This document shows, piece by piece, positions 10,187 to 22,930 of a stretch of DNA of 64,000 nt. The notes under the pieces are model-generated. The model ran no database searches. It was not told the DNA's origin and saw only the letters and a program-made list of their open reading frames with translations. A program made the translations under genes and the position numbers. The stretch is from contig QPMI01000420.1 of the NCBI GenBank assembly GCA_004431415.1, forward strand, positions 275,099 through 339,098, read 5' to 3'. Each line of letters begins with the position of its first letter. Positions within the stretch are counted from its first letter, which is position 1. This DNA comes from Cyanophora paradoxa CCMP329 (Eukaryota > Plantae > Glaucophyta).

Positions 10187-13100
10187 ATGGGCGGCGCCCG
10201 AGCAGGACCGGTACCGCCCCGGCTGCAGCAGCGCCGCTGCAGAGCGGCCAGCGTTCAGCGCGCTAGTGTAGCGTGCAGAGGTGTACTATGTGCAGTCCAA
10301 ACGAGCGGGGCGCGGCTGGCGGCGCTCGTGGTCATCGTTCAATTGCAAGTGTTCACCGGCATCGAGCTGGCAGCCGGACAGGGAAGCGTGGATTTCAGCA
10401 GTCGGCAGTACACGCACCAGTACTGCCTGGGCACCCCGAATCAGGTGCGCGTCGGTCGCTGCACGGCGGCGTTCGGTGCTTTAATTTGATCGTCACGGAG
10501 GATTGCCGCGCGAGCGCTCCTGAAGCTGCGCTCGAGCTCAAGGGCTCACACACGCTCTCCTCGCTGCGCAGTACATGAGCCAGAACCGCCATCTCGTCAT
10601 CGATACGCTGAGGCCGCTTCCGGTCTCCCAGGCGCCGGTCTTTCTAGAAGATAGCCCCCCGGACGTCGCCTACGGTCCGCTGCGGCTGCCCCGCCTCTCA
10701 GTCGCACGTCTTACGCGCCGCGCTCTGCTCTCTGCACAGGGCCGCACTGGAACGGCCCGTACACCTCCACGCCCAACGGGTGGACGCCTTTTGCACCTGG
10801 GCAGCCGTACTCGATCAACAGCCAACCCACATGCGCGTGGACCTTCGAGGCCCCCGCGGGAGTCACCACTGTGCGCTCTGCCCGGCCGCGCGACCCTCTC
10901 GCGCCCCTTACGAGCACCGGCCGCGGGCCGGGGTCGATCAGATCGTCGCCGGCGTGACGTACATCGATCTGGAGAGTCCGGGCGACTCTCTTGTCTTCGT
11001 GGACATCACGGACAGCAATCCGACGGCGTGGCTCGCGGGGCCGAACCCGACCGACGTGAACCACCCGCCGGCGCTTCGGGTCGTCACGGGAAACGGGACG
11101 GTGCAGGCGATACAGATCAGCCGGCCCAGCAACTGGCCCCGCAGGCCGAAGCTCCTCGTGTACTGGATGATCGACTTTGACGTGCAGTTCGAAGGATGGG
11201 GAATCTTCGTGCAAGCGGGTGCGGTGTCTCGATTTCTCTGTTCTAGATCTAGATCTGTAACCCTTGAGCTTCGCGCACGATTGACGTGTCGTACCCCTCC
11301 CCAGTCTCTTTCAACTGCAGACACAACATGACGACCAATCTGAACATGCCGAGTAACTACCTGCACGGTGCCGTACCCCCTCCACCTCCCCCCCTCCCTC
11401 ATTAAAATATTCCCCCGTCGCCCTTCCGCCCCCCCGTTCTCCCCTTCCGCCTCCCCCCTCCCCTCCCCGCCTTCCCCCCCCTGCCCTTACCCCCCGCCCC
11501 CCCCCCCCCCCCCGCGCCCTTCCCCTTTCCGCCCTTCCCCTCACCAGCCCCCCCCCCCCCCCCCCCCACCACCACTCTCCCCTCCTCTCCCTCCCCTTAC
11601 CCATCCCCCCGCGTTCCCCTCCCCCTGCCCTCCTGCCGCCCCCATTCCCTTCCCCTACTCCACCCTACCCCCCCCTCTCCAGTTTCCCCCACCCCTCCCC
11701 CCACCCCCTCCATTGGCCACCCCAAGGCCACCCCATTCCACCCGTATAGCTGCTCCCTCCCCCTCCACCCCGCCGGCCCCCTCTCCTCATGATCATCGAT
11801 ATCGCGTGTCCCGCTCACCGCCATGTCGTGATCATGATCAGGCGGGGCTGGCTACCCCGTCGTGACGGGGGGTGTCACGTGCCGTTGGGTCATCGACGTG
11901 ACGAGGACAGCCGGCGGGCCCCCCGACGGCATCGCTTTCCAGCTTCACAATGCCAGCCTGCAGCAGCAGGACAGCCTGACGGGTTCGAAATTTATCCTTC
12001 TCTCGCTGAAGGCTGTCCTCTCGCTTCGCAATTTGACTGATTCGAGTTCGCCCGCGCGCGATCCTTCAGTGTTCGACGGGGACAAGGAGTCGGCGCCGGT
12101 CCTCGCGCGCTTCTCGGGTACCGCCTCGAACGTGAACGTGACGACGTCGCGCACGCGGCTGCTCGTCGTGTACACGTCGACGCTCAACTCGACCATGCGC
12201 TTCAATGCTTCTTACGTCCGCTGTGAGCGACTCCCTGGCCGCCTGAACGGCTTTTCTGTTGGACTAGTACTGACCCGCCATCCAGTGACATGTCCCAGTT
12301 GCATCAACGGCCAGTGCGTAAATGGGACGTGCGCCTGCAACGCGAACTTTACAGGCGCCCGCTGCAATGTCCCGACGCGTGCGTGCCCATCCCCGCCCCG
12401 AGTACCAGAATCCTGATCTAAACGCACGCGCGCCGCAGGTCTGGCGCCGCTTGTGGCTTCAAACTGGACTTGCGCTATAGACAACTACGGGACTAGGGAC
12501 GGCTGCGACTGCGGCTGCGGCCTGCACGACCCGGATTGCGAGACGCCGGAGCCCCCCCAAGGCTGGTGTGCTGGAGGTCTTAACTCGTACCACGACGGTC
12601 CGAAGCCATTTCCCTTGCCCTCTTTCGAATGCGATCTAGATTAAGATCTCCTGAGCATATGCATGTGAGCGCCTCGAATTAATTATAACAGGGACGTGCG
12701 CCTACTGCCCACTGGCGCGCCCGACGTGGCCCGTCAACGGCGGCGGGGGAATCCCGTCGAGCTCGCCGACCGCGAACAACGTGGTCAGGCCTTTTTCGGC
12801 TTGTATGGGCGCTCCGTCTTAAATCCGCCTGACCTCTGGCGCAGCTGTATGTAAGCCCGCGCGGCACCGACGTGATCTGGTGCACGCAGTACCCCTGCGA
12901 TAACGGGTACTCGTGGAACAACCCCTTCCGAACGATCGCGGTCCGTGCCGGATTTCAAGATTTCAGCCTCTGCACGAGCCCTGCGGTGACGGCCGATCCC
13001 CGTCGAGCAGAAGGCTCTCTCGGCGGTGCAGACCTACTTGGCTGGGCAGGTAGTTTCTTTCCTAAACCTTCGGATGAATGAATAAGCATACGTACTAAAT

Positions 13101-16100
13101 TCTGCCCTCGCCACGTTCTTTCTTTAGGGCTTCCCCGTCAACCGCTTCCGCATCGTCGTGCTCCCCGGGCGGTACACCGGCATCAGCAACCGGCGGCTCT
13201 CCTACCAGGCGAGATTCGTTGTAGCCTTCAAGATTGCTGCTCGGTGCATCTTATAATTATGATTACGCCCGGCCCGGGCTTGCGCTCGCAGGACAACAGC
13301 ATCGCCTACCTCCACCTGACGCTGATGGGCCTGTCGGGGCCCCTGTACACCATCCTCGACGCTGAGCGCCAGGTACGGCTATAGCTAGCTGCAGCCGACG
13401 TCGACGTCGGCGGCCGGGGCCTGGACAGAAGTTGAGCTCGCGCGACCCTTTGGCAGGGATGGCACCTGTACATGTCGACGCGGCTGCTGGGGACGAGCCA
13501 CATCACGGGGCTCGCCTTCGCGAACGCGCGGTACCTGACGCGCTCCCCGCGCACGATCAGCAACCAGGGCGCCTCCAGCTCGCCCGCCGGGTGCGCTTTG
13601 CTTTATTTCGAATTCACGGATGCGGATGCGTCTGGATTGTCCGCCACGCGATCGCGAGGCTCACGCGCTTGTTCTGTGTGTGCAGGGGCGCGATCCAGTG
13701 TGGTAATTGATTAGACCCACTTTCCCTTTTCAGATTCCTCCCATCAATGAAACGCTCCGACTTCGCAGGCGAGTGGCTGCTCAGCCCCAACCAGGACTTC
13801 GCCGGCTGCAACAACGTCGCGATCACGAACTGCCACTTCAGAAACAACGAGGCGAGCCACGCTTCTGTGTCTGGCTCATCGTGTATTTAATTTCCGCCTG
13901 GATGACGTGTCGATTCTCAGGTGATCTGGAACGACGCCGCCACGGTCGGCTCTGGAACCGCCCTGTTCGGTCCGCTCGCAGCTTCCTGTCCTCTCTGGCG
14001 CTTAATTCAAATTCTGCTGTGCCCAGACATCGCATCGCTCGGGGGCGGCGATATCAACGCGGCTCTCGGCGGCGGGGCTGTCAACTTCGCTCTTGGGAAG
14101 TGCGTGCGGGCCGCATGATTGTAAATTACAGCCGCAGTCCTCTCTGAACCCTTTCGCAGGAACGTCACAATAAGCGACTCGCTGTTTATCAACAATAAGG
14201 GTGCGCTGATTTTCAACGTTATTTTTCAGAGCGTGTGCGCAACCGGCAGCTCCTTACGCGCATATCGAATATATCGTATTTCGCAGCGTCCCTCACGATC
14301 AGCGGATCGACGGACGCTGTGGGCGCCGCGAGCAACTCGACGGCCCGCAAGATCCACGGCGGCGCGGTCGCGCTGTACGACATCACCGACAGCATCGCAA
14401 TCCTGCGCTCGAACTTCACGTCTTCCCGATCGGGTGCGCTGCTTTAAATTTGGATCCGAGTATACGTAACTAGAATGTCTGCATCGCCGGTTGATTTACT
14501 TTTGCATAGGTGCGTACGGGGGCGCTGTCTACGCCGTTCTTGCTCGGTCGCCGGGTCTGGCGACGACGGTGCGGGTCGAGGACTGCGCGTTCGACTCCAA
14601 CAGCGCGCTCTCCGCCGGCGCGGGTCTCATGGTCCAGGGGGCCGGCACTGTCATCGGTGCGCATGCGAGTCGTGGCTTTGAACGCATGTGATGTATCCCG
14701 CGGCATGGGCAGTGAGGCGGACGTCGCTTCTCAACAACATCGCCCAATCTGCGAGCTACGCCGACTCCATTTCCGGCGGCGTTGGGCTCTGGGTCGGCGC
14801 GGGCCTCTCCGGCTTCGAGGGCGGTAGCGCTGGCAATAGGGGCAGTGTTACGTGAGCGCTTCTATCTTCTCTGATTTTCCTCTGCTTTTCCTCGGGCTGC
14901 TTTACAGCGGCTGATGCGTCGTCTGCAGCATCAGCGACAGCCTATTCTTCAACAACACGCACCTGCCGCTCGCTTCGCAGGTCGACGGCGGCGGCGGGGG
15001 CCTTCTCTCCACCGGCATGGACCGCGTCACTCTGTGAGACCGCTCGTGCAATCCTCTCGAGGCTCTCTTCGTCTTTCTGACCCGATTCGTTTCAGGCGGA
15101 ATGTTTCGTTCGTTCAGAACACGGTGGCCTCCGGAAGAGGCGGGGGCGCTCTAGTGATCAACGCTTCCCGCCTCTTGTGCGAATTATATATTTTCCCGCC
15201 CTAAAATTTCATCGTCGTCTTTCTATATATGCTGCTTGTGTGATGACCGCTTCCTGCTGCAGGATCGAGGCTTCGTCGTTCGCGAGCAACGCAGAGAGCG
15301 GAGGAACCGGAACCGACGGCGGCGGCGGCCTCGCGGCGCTCTCCGTGCTTCAGATGGCTCTCCAGAACATCTCGTTCACCGGCAACTCGGCGGACACCGG
15401 CGGCGCCGTCTGGGTGGGCTCCCGCTCGCCCCCGACGGAACGGTCCCACTCGGCGAACGTGTCCGGATGCGTATTCTCGGAGAACGAGTCGCGCACGGGC
15501 ATGGGAGGCGCGCTCTACGTCGCCGCCACCTCGCGCCCCGCCTACGTCGCCGTCGAGGACTCCATCTTCGAGTCCAACAGGGCCGTCACGAACGGGGGCG
15601 GCGTCACCATCCGCGGCCCCGCCACGTACGCGCAGCGCCTGAACTCCAGCTCGGCGTCGTTCGTTCGGACGCGCGTGGCTCGCAACGCCGCGGCGGGTGC
15701 GTCTAGATCTCTTTCGCTTCCTGGCTCGCTTTCGTGTGCATGAATTTGTCGTATGCAGCTAATGGGGGCGGCTTCTACATCGAGGGGCTTCTCTCGTTCT
15801 CGCTTTCAGACGGGAGCGTCATCTCGGAAAACCGCGCCAACACAGGCGCCGGGCTCGGTGCGCATGCGTCGCGGGCCGGGCGGCCTGCAGCTGGGTGGTC
15901 CACTGACATGAAACCATGCGCAGCTTTCGTTACCAGCGCCGCATGCAGGGATCCGTCGGCTGAAGGCTGCCCGAGGCTGCGCGCCCGGCTCGACGGCGTC
16001 AACATTTCCTCAAATAGAGCAGCTGATGGCGGCGGCATGTCTCTGGACGGATCGTGCGCCGTCGAGCTGATCGCCGTGCTTTCCGATGCAGAGCCTCCGC

Positions 16101-19100
16101 TGATTATGCGCATGCGCAGGGGCCTGTCTCTCACGGCTGCGCGAAGCGCCCTCTTCGACAACGAAGCCAGACAACTCGGCGGGGGCCTGTACGCGGTCGA
16201 CGTTGGCGCCTTGGCTCTCTCCTCCGTCTCCTTCGCTTCGAACGCCGCCTCGAACGGCGGAGGAGCTTTCATCACTTCGGATTGGCCTGTTTCTGTGCGT
16301 CTATATTTTCCGCAACACGGTACGCGCGCGCGCCTGAGCTCATGCATTATAAACCGCAGTTCAAAATGCCCGGCGTGTCGTTCATCGGGAACTACGCCGA
16401 AGAGAATGGGGGCGGGCTTTTCATTTCCGGCGAGACCAGCGTGGAGCTGACCGGCGGGCAGCTCACCCAGAACACGGCGACCGCAAACGGGGTACGGAAT
16501 CCTCTCGCCATCCGTCTACCATGGCCAGTGGGCCCTCCGGATCCTAAGCGAGAGTCTCGCAGGGGTTGGCTTACATCAAGAAGTCTAGCTGCCTTGCGCT
16601 TCTCAACCTGACCGTCACTTCCAATGCCGCCGACAACGGGGTACGATTTCCTCGAGGAAACTTTAATTTCTATTAAGCGCCGCGCGCCATCGAAATTGAT
16701 CACAACCATCCGCGCAGGGCACTTTCTTCCTCGACCAGCGCGCCTCCGTTCTGGCCGAGAACTGCAGCTTCGCGGACTCGCACGCCGCGTCGCTGGTCCG
16801 CGTCAATATATTAATCTTGCGTTCAGAAACTTTGCGCCGCAAGGGTTTCACGATTTGTACATGTTTCGCAGGGGGGCGTAGTATACGCCCAGCAGAGCTC
16901 CAGGGTCACCTTCCGGCGCGTCCGCGGCTCCGGCAACGACGCCGCGCAGGGCGGCGGGATCTACGCCAACCTCGGGCGGAGCGGCCTGCTGGAGCTGGAG
17001 GGCACGTCGTGGGACGGCAACGAGGCCGTAGGCGACGCCGGCGTCCTTTACCTGACGGGGACGGGCGGCCTCCAGGCGAGGGACTTCGTCGCCTCGGGCA
17101 ACCGAGCCGCCAGCGGCGCCGTCGGCATTGTCTCCGCTGAGGCGGACGCCTCTTTCTCCGGCTGCAGCGTCTTCGGCAACGTGGCCACGCAGTCGGACGG
17201 CGGTGCCTTCGTCGTCGAGCACCTCGCGTCGCTCTCGCTCTCCAACTGCAACCTCACCGGCAACGCGGCCCAGCTGAACGCCGGGGCGGTCCTCGCCACG
17301 GGCACGCAGCCGTCGCTCTCGCTCGTGAACGTGCAGGCGACGGGCAACACGGCGGGGCGGGGAGGAGGCGCACTCTCCATCACCGGCCTGTGCGCCGCGG
17401 CCATAGTGGCAACCAACCTCTCGTCCAACACGGCGGGAATGTACGGCGGCTCGGTTTTCGTCTCCGGCGCCGCGGTCGCGTTCGTGGCCGTCCCGATGGA
17501 CGACAACGTCGCCACGTCCGGGTCGGGGGGCGCCGTGTTCGCCGAGCAGGCCACCACGAGCTTCACCGACGTCTCCCTAAAGGGCAACCGTGCCGGCGGC
17601 TCCGGCGGGTGCTCCAAGCCCTCTTTTATCCATTCATTTGCATCTCTTTTTCTCAAACATTCGTGATATCGCAGCGCGATTTACCTTGACGGCGGATCAG
17701 CGAATCTGACCGGCTCCTCCGTCGTGTTCAACCATGCCCTCTCGTTGGGCGGCGCCGTGCACCTGGACAACGCGGCCGTCCTCAGCGTGGCGCGCTCCGC
17801 GGTGTCGCAGAACGTGGCGTCCCAGGACGGCGGCGCCATCTCCGCCAACGCGCAGTCCAGGGTTCGCAAACTAATGCGTATACAGCTGATGACGCGAGAG
17901 AAATTGGTATATTCTCGACTGACATGCAAATGCTCGCAGGTCGTCATCGAGCACTCGGATCTGACCAGGAACGAGGCTAAGCGTAACGGCGGCGCCGTCC
18001 TGGCGACCACGACGACGCTGACGGTGGTCGGGAGCGACCTCTCGGGCTCCAAGGCGGCCCGCGACGGCGGCTGCGTCGCGGCGCTCGGGTCGGACGTGAC
18101 GGTCGCCTCGTCCAACCTCTCTGCGTGCGCGGCCATCAGCGGCGCGGGCGGCGCGATCCACGTGGAGGTTGGCTCCACTTTTCTCTCGCTTCGAATTCGT
18201 TGAAATACTGGTTTTCCGTTGATGCTGAGTGGCGAGCAGACGACGTCGCTGCGGGCGGAGGACGTGGACATGGCGCTCGGGTTCGCGGGCACGAACGGCG
18301 GCGGCGTCTCGGCCTACATGGCGGACGTCCGCATCCGCAACGCGACGCTCCGCGACTCCCGCTCCGGCCTCTCGGGCGGCGCCGTCTACTCCCGCATGAC
18401 CGCCCTGGATGTCGAGGGATCGTCGCTGGACGGGTCCCGCGCCGGCGCAGACGGAGGTGCGCTCTCTTAAACAAATCTACAGGAAAGCGAATTAAAACTG
18501 TAATTCAGGATGTGTTTACGTGGATGACGGAGGCGTGCGCCTCGCGGCCGCGACGCTCGCGCGCTGCTCCGCTGGAGGCCGCGGCGGAGCCCTCTTCGCC
18601 TCGCGGGCGGCGGTCAGGCTCGAGGCCTGCTCGGCTTCCGGCGCCAGCGCCGGCGCCGACGGCGGTGCCGTCGCGTCCATCGGCGCTCCTCTGACGGTTT
18701 CCGAGTGCGCTTTGAACTCTTCATTTTCTCCTTCAGCTTTCTGGTGATCGATATCGCGACCTGATTCGCCTTCGCAGCACTGTTTTCGCGGGCTCGAAGT
18801 CGGAGCGCGGGAGCGGCGGGGCGATCTGGAGCGACGGCGGGCAGGTCTCGATCGTGAGGTCGGACCTGTCGCAGAGCTCCGCGGGCGGCGGGCACGGCGG
18901 CGCGCTGTACGTCGCTTCGGGCGCGGCCGCTCTGGCGGCGTGCGACCTCTCGCGCTCGCGGGCGGCGGGCAAGGGCGGCGCGGCGTACTTCAAGAACGGG
19001 ACGGCGGCGCTGGAGGACGTGTCGGTGGCCGGGAGCGCGGCGGGCGAGTCGGGCGGCGGCGTGGAGGTCGAGGGCGTCGACGCCGGCGCGCCCTGCGCCC

Positions 19101-22100
19101 TCAGCCTCGCGCGGGTCGACGCGACCGACTGCGCGGCCCGTGGCGGGCCCGGCGGCGCCGTCCACGCTTCCCGCTGCAACCTCACGGCCGTCGACTCGGA
19201 CATGCGGCGCTCCCAGGCGGGCGGCCCCGCCGGCTCCGGCGGCGGCGTCCGCACCTTCTCGTCGCTTCGGGTGGAGCTCCGGCGCTGCGACCTCTCCGAC
19301 ACGCAGGCCGAGCGCAACGGCGGCGCCGCGGCGCTGGAGGCGTCGTCTTTCGTGGTGGAGGACTGCGCGATGGACCGCGCGTCGAGCGCCCGCGGCTCGG
19401 GCGGCGCGCTGTTCGTCGACGTCGGAGAGGGCCGCGTGGAGCGCGTTTCCATGCGGGACGCCCGCGCGGGGGAGGGCCAGGGCGGCGGCGCGGCCCACTT
19501 CCGCGCCGCCTCCGTCGCGGTGGTCGGCTCGCCGATGACGGGCGCCAGCGCCGCCGCGGGATCCGGCGGGGCTGTCCTCGTGGAGGGCTGCGTGGCCAAC
19601 TTCACGGCGGTTGACATGCGCGGCTCGCGGGCCCTGGGCCGGCCCGGCGCCGGCGGCGCCCTCAAAGCCATCAGCGCAGAGGTCACTCTTCAGGCCTGCA
19701 ACCTCTCCGACTCGCAGAGCCGCGGCGCGGGCGGCGCCGTCTCTGCGGACGCCTCTACCCTGACCGTTCTCGAGTGCGCTCCGCTCCGGATCCGTGGCCG
19801 CGTCGTCAGATCGAGCCCAGCCGAATGGCCGTCGCTGACCCGACGCGCCTCGCAGCTCGGCGCTGGACCGCGGCGTGAGCGCGGAGGACGGGGGCGGCTG
19901 CGCGCACGTCTCTGGCGGCTCGGGCCTCTTCTCGAACTGCTCCCTGGAGGACTGCCGCGCCCCCATCTCGTACGGGGGCGCCGTCTCGCTGCAGAACTCC
20001 CGCGGCCCGGTCGTCTTCCAGAACTGCTCGCTCCTCCGCGGGCGCTCGGGGCACGTCGGCGGGGCCGTCTACAGCGAGTCGTCGTCCCTCACGCTGCTCC
20101 GCTCGCCCGTCTCGCGCTCGTCGGCGTTCGCGGCCGGCGGCTGCGTGTACGCGTCGCAGTCGCAGCTGACGGTGGAGAACGCCGCGGCCGACGAGTGCAC
20201 GGCGGCCAGCGGGGGCGGCTTCTTCCTCGACGGCGGTTCCGCCTCTCTGCTGTGCGTAAGTCTTACGAAGGACACGGCCACTGCGGGGGACGGCGGTGCG
20301 TGCTTTCCCAAAAAAGAAACGCGTGAATTAATTCTGGATCGCGATCGCGATCGTCGCCAACCCTCCTCAGGTGCGATCTACGCCACTTCGGCGTCCCTGC
20401 ATCTGGAGGCCTGCACGATCGAAATGTGCACTGCCGAGGGCAGCGGCGGCGATCTCTTCGTGCGCCATGCGCCCGCGTAGCCGCTCGCTCTCACTTCGAG
20501 CTCGCCTCACGCGGCCGCAGCTGACTGACACGGAGATCCGCGTTCTCAACTCCACCGTGCTGAACAATACGGCCAAGGTCGACGGCGGCGGGTGCGTCCG
20601 GCCGCGCTCGATCATTGCTGCGACCAGCGCGGCTGATCGCGATCTTCGACGTCGACGCCGTCGGCTCATTCGCTGCGCGCACGCACGCGCAGGCTCCGGG
20701 CCTCGGGCTTCTCGACGGCGCAGGGGGCGTGCCTCCTCCGCGCCGTGTCGGGGGCCGCCGCGCCGGCCACGCAGCACACGTCCCCGATGCGCATGAGCCT
20801 GCGCTCGCTCCTCCAGGAGCCCGCGCCCCCGAGCCCGGCCGCGTCGTCGTCCATGCCGACTTTCACCCGTCTCGTGCGGGTCGAGAACTCGGCCCTGCGC
20901 GGAAACGCGGCGGGCGGGGACGGCGGCTCGCTGTTCGTATCGGGGCCGATCTCCGCGGAGCTCGTCGGCGTGACGATCGCGTCGTCCTTCGCCTCCGGCC
21001 GCGGCGGCGGTGCGAGGATCTCTGGAATCCATGCGCACATTTTGAGCTTGCTTGCAATTGCCTGCAGGCATCTACGTCACGGCCGACTCCTTCTCGATGC
21101 TGGGGTCGACGATGACTGCGAACCGAGCGAGCGTCGGCGGCGCTGGATACGTGCGTAGATGTGCAATTATCTCTCCGATCCTCACGTGCACACAAACCAA
21201 TTGCAATTATATATCTCACGCGTGCGGGTCTGTTCCAGATGGACTTGTCGAAGCCGACGGGCGAGCCGATGGACTGCTCGGCCGTCTCGCTCAACGGCAC
21301 CGCCGTCCGCGGCAACGAGGCCGCCAAGGTGAGCTTGACAGGGCGTCTTTTGGAGGATGCGTTCATAAAGGCGGGCGCAGGGGGCGGCGTTCGTGGTGAA
21401 GGACGCCGACCCGACGCGCTGCGCCGCCTTCGCCGACCCGCGCGCCTTCGACGGCAACGGCAACGGCAACCGCTCCATCGTCGCCGGTGCTGAAATGTTT
21501 GAAATGTTTGGTCGATCCCGAACTTTTGGTCGATCCCGAACTTCGAAGGCCCCGGGGCGATCGCGGTGCGGCTGCTGACGAACGAGACCAACCGCGCCTC
21601 GGGGGAGCTCCTCTCCTTCCACGTCGTCCTCACCGACAGCTTCGGCGCCAAGGCCCGCCCCGCCCCGCCCCGCCCCGCCCCGCCCCGCCCCGCCCCGCCC
21701 CGCCCCGCCTTGCCCGCTCGGCCACGCTTAAGCAAAGCTTTCTCGGCGAATCTATCTTTTCTGCCCCGTTCGAGACTTAGAAAGCCCCGTATTGTTATTT
21801 ATTGTCACTATCTCGTCGACTCGAGATTTAGAAAGCCCCGTATTGTTATTTATCGTCATTTATTAAAGCCCCTCGTCGAATTCATCTCGTCGACTCGCCA
21901 GGTGGTCGACTCGCCGACGGCCGTCTCGCTCGCGGCGGCGGACCCGGACGCCGTGTCGCTTCGGGGCGCGCTCTCCGCGACGACCCTTGACGGGGAGGCC
22001 ACCATCACCGCCCAGGTCACACCGCCCTTTCACTTTCGTTCAAATCAAAGAGCGACGCCGAGGCCGGATATATAATATCGATCGATTCAAACAACGCACA

Positions 22101-22899
22101 GTTGCCTAAATATAGAACACAACGCCGAATCTAAGCCGGCTCTGCCGCCTGCGCGCGGGCGCGCAGATCGTGGCGCAGCCGGGCGAGGCGCACGCGCTGC
22201 GGTTCACGGCGGACATCCCCTACCGCCCGGTCACCCTGGAGCTCCCCGTCCGGCTCCGCCCCTGCCTCAAGGGTCCGTAGCGGCCCGCGCTTAATCTTCT
22301 TCGGTCTGAAAACTTGAACTGATCGCGTCGGTCAGGCGAGGTGCAGCTGCCCAACACGCGCGTCTGCATGCGCTGCCCTGCGGGTGCCTTTGTTTGATTT
22401 CGTCCTTTGCTCAACACCTTCGCTGCTCACGTCAGAATCTTACCTTCCATCAACCAGGCACGTTCAGCATCCTGGAGAGCGGCTTCAAGGACCAGGAGTG
22501 CCGCCCCTGCAGCGACGTGCGCCCTTCGAATTTCTCTTTCCTCGAGCGCCAGCCGACCCCGACCGCCCCGCCCCGCCCCGTCCCGCCCCCGCAGGGCGCC
22601 GAGTGCCCGGGCGGCTCCGCCGTGTACCCCTCCCGGGGGTACCAGCGCGCCCCGTACGATTTCACCGTCATGCTGCCCTGCCAGGTTGAATTCGCCCCGC
22701 AGAATAAATTTACACTGAAGCTTTAAGCGATTCCGTTTAAGTTGAGCTCTCGCCGGCAGAACGACGCGTGCCTGGGAGGCCCGGAGGACCGGTGCGCGCC
22801 GGGGCACGAGGGCCCGCTCTGCACCATCTGCGCGGAGGGGCACGGCCGCCGCGACAAGTACGGGTGCGCGAGCTGCCCCGGCCGGGCCCTCAACGCCGT

Positions 22900-22930
<31 letters not shown>

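Noticed and set aside
11370-11790. Proline-rich extensin-like exon
   Set aside because: Irregular poly-C tract that looks like low-quality consensus or a pyrimidine-rich intron; cannot be supported as coding.
15177-21158. Bacterial (chlamydial Pmp) autotransporter contamination or recent HGT
   Set aside because: The GGA repeats are interrupted by many spliceosomal introns and end in a eukaryotic multi-TM domain rather than a beta-barrel.
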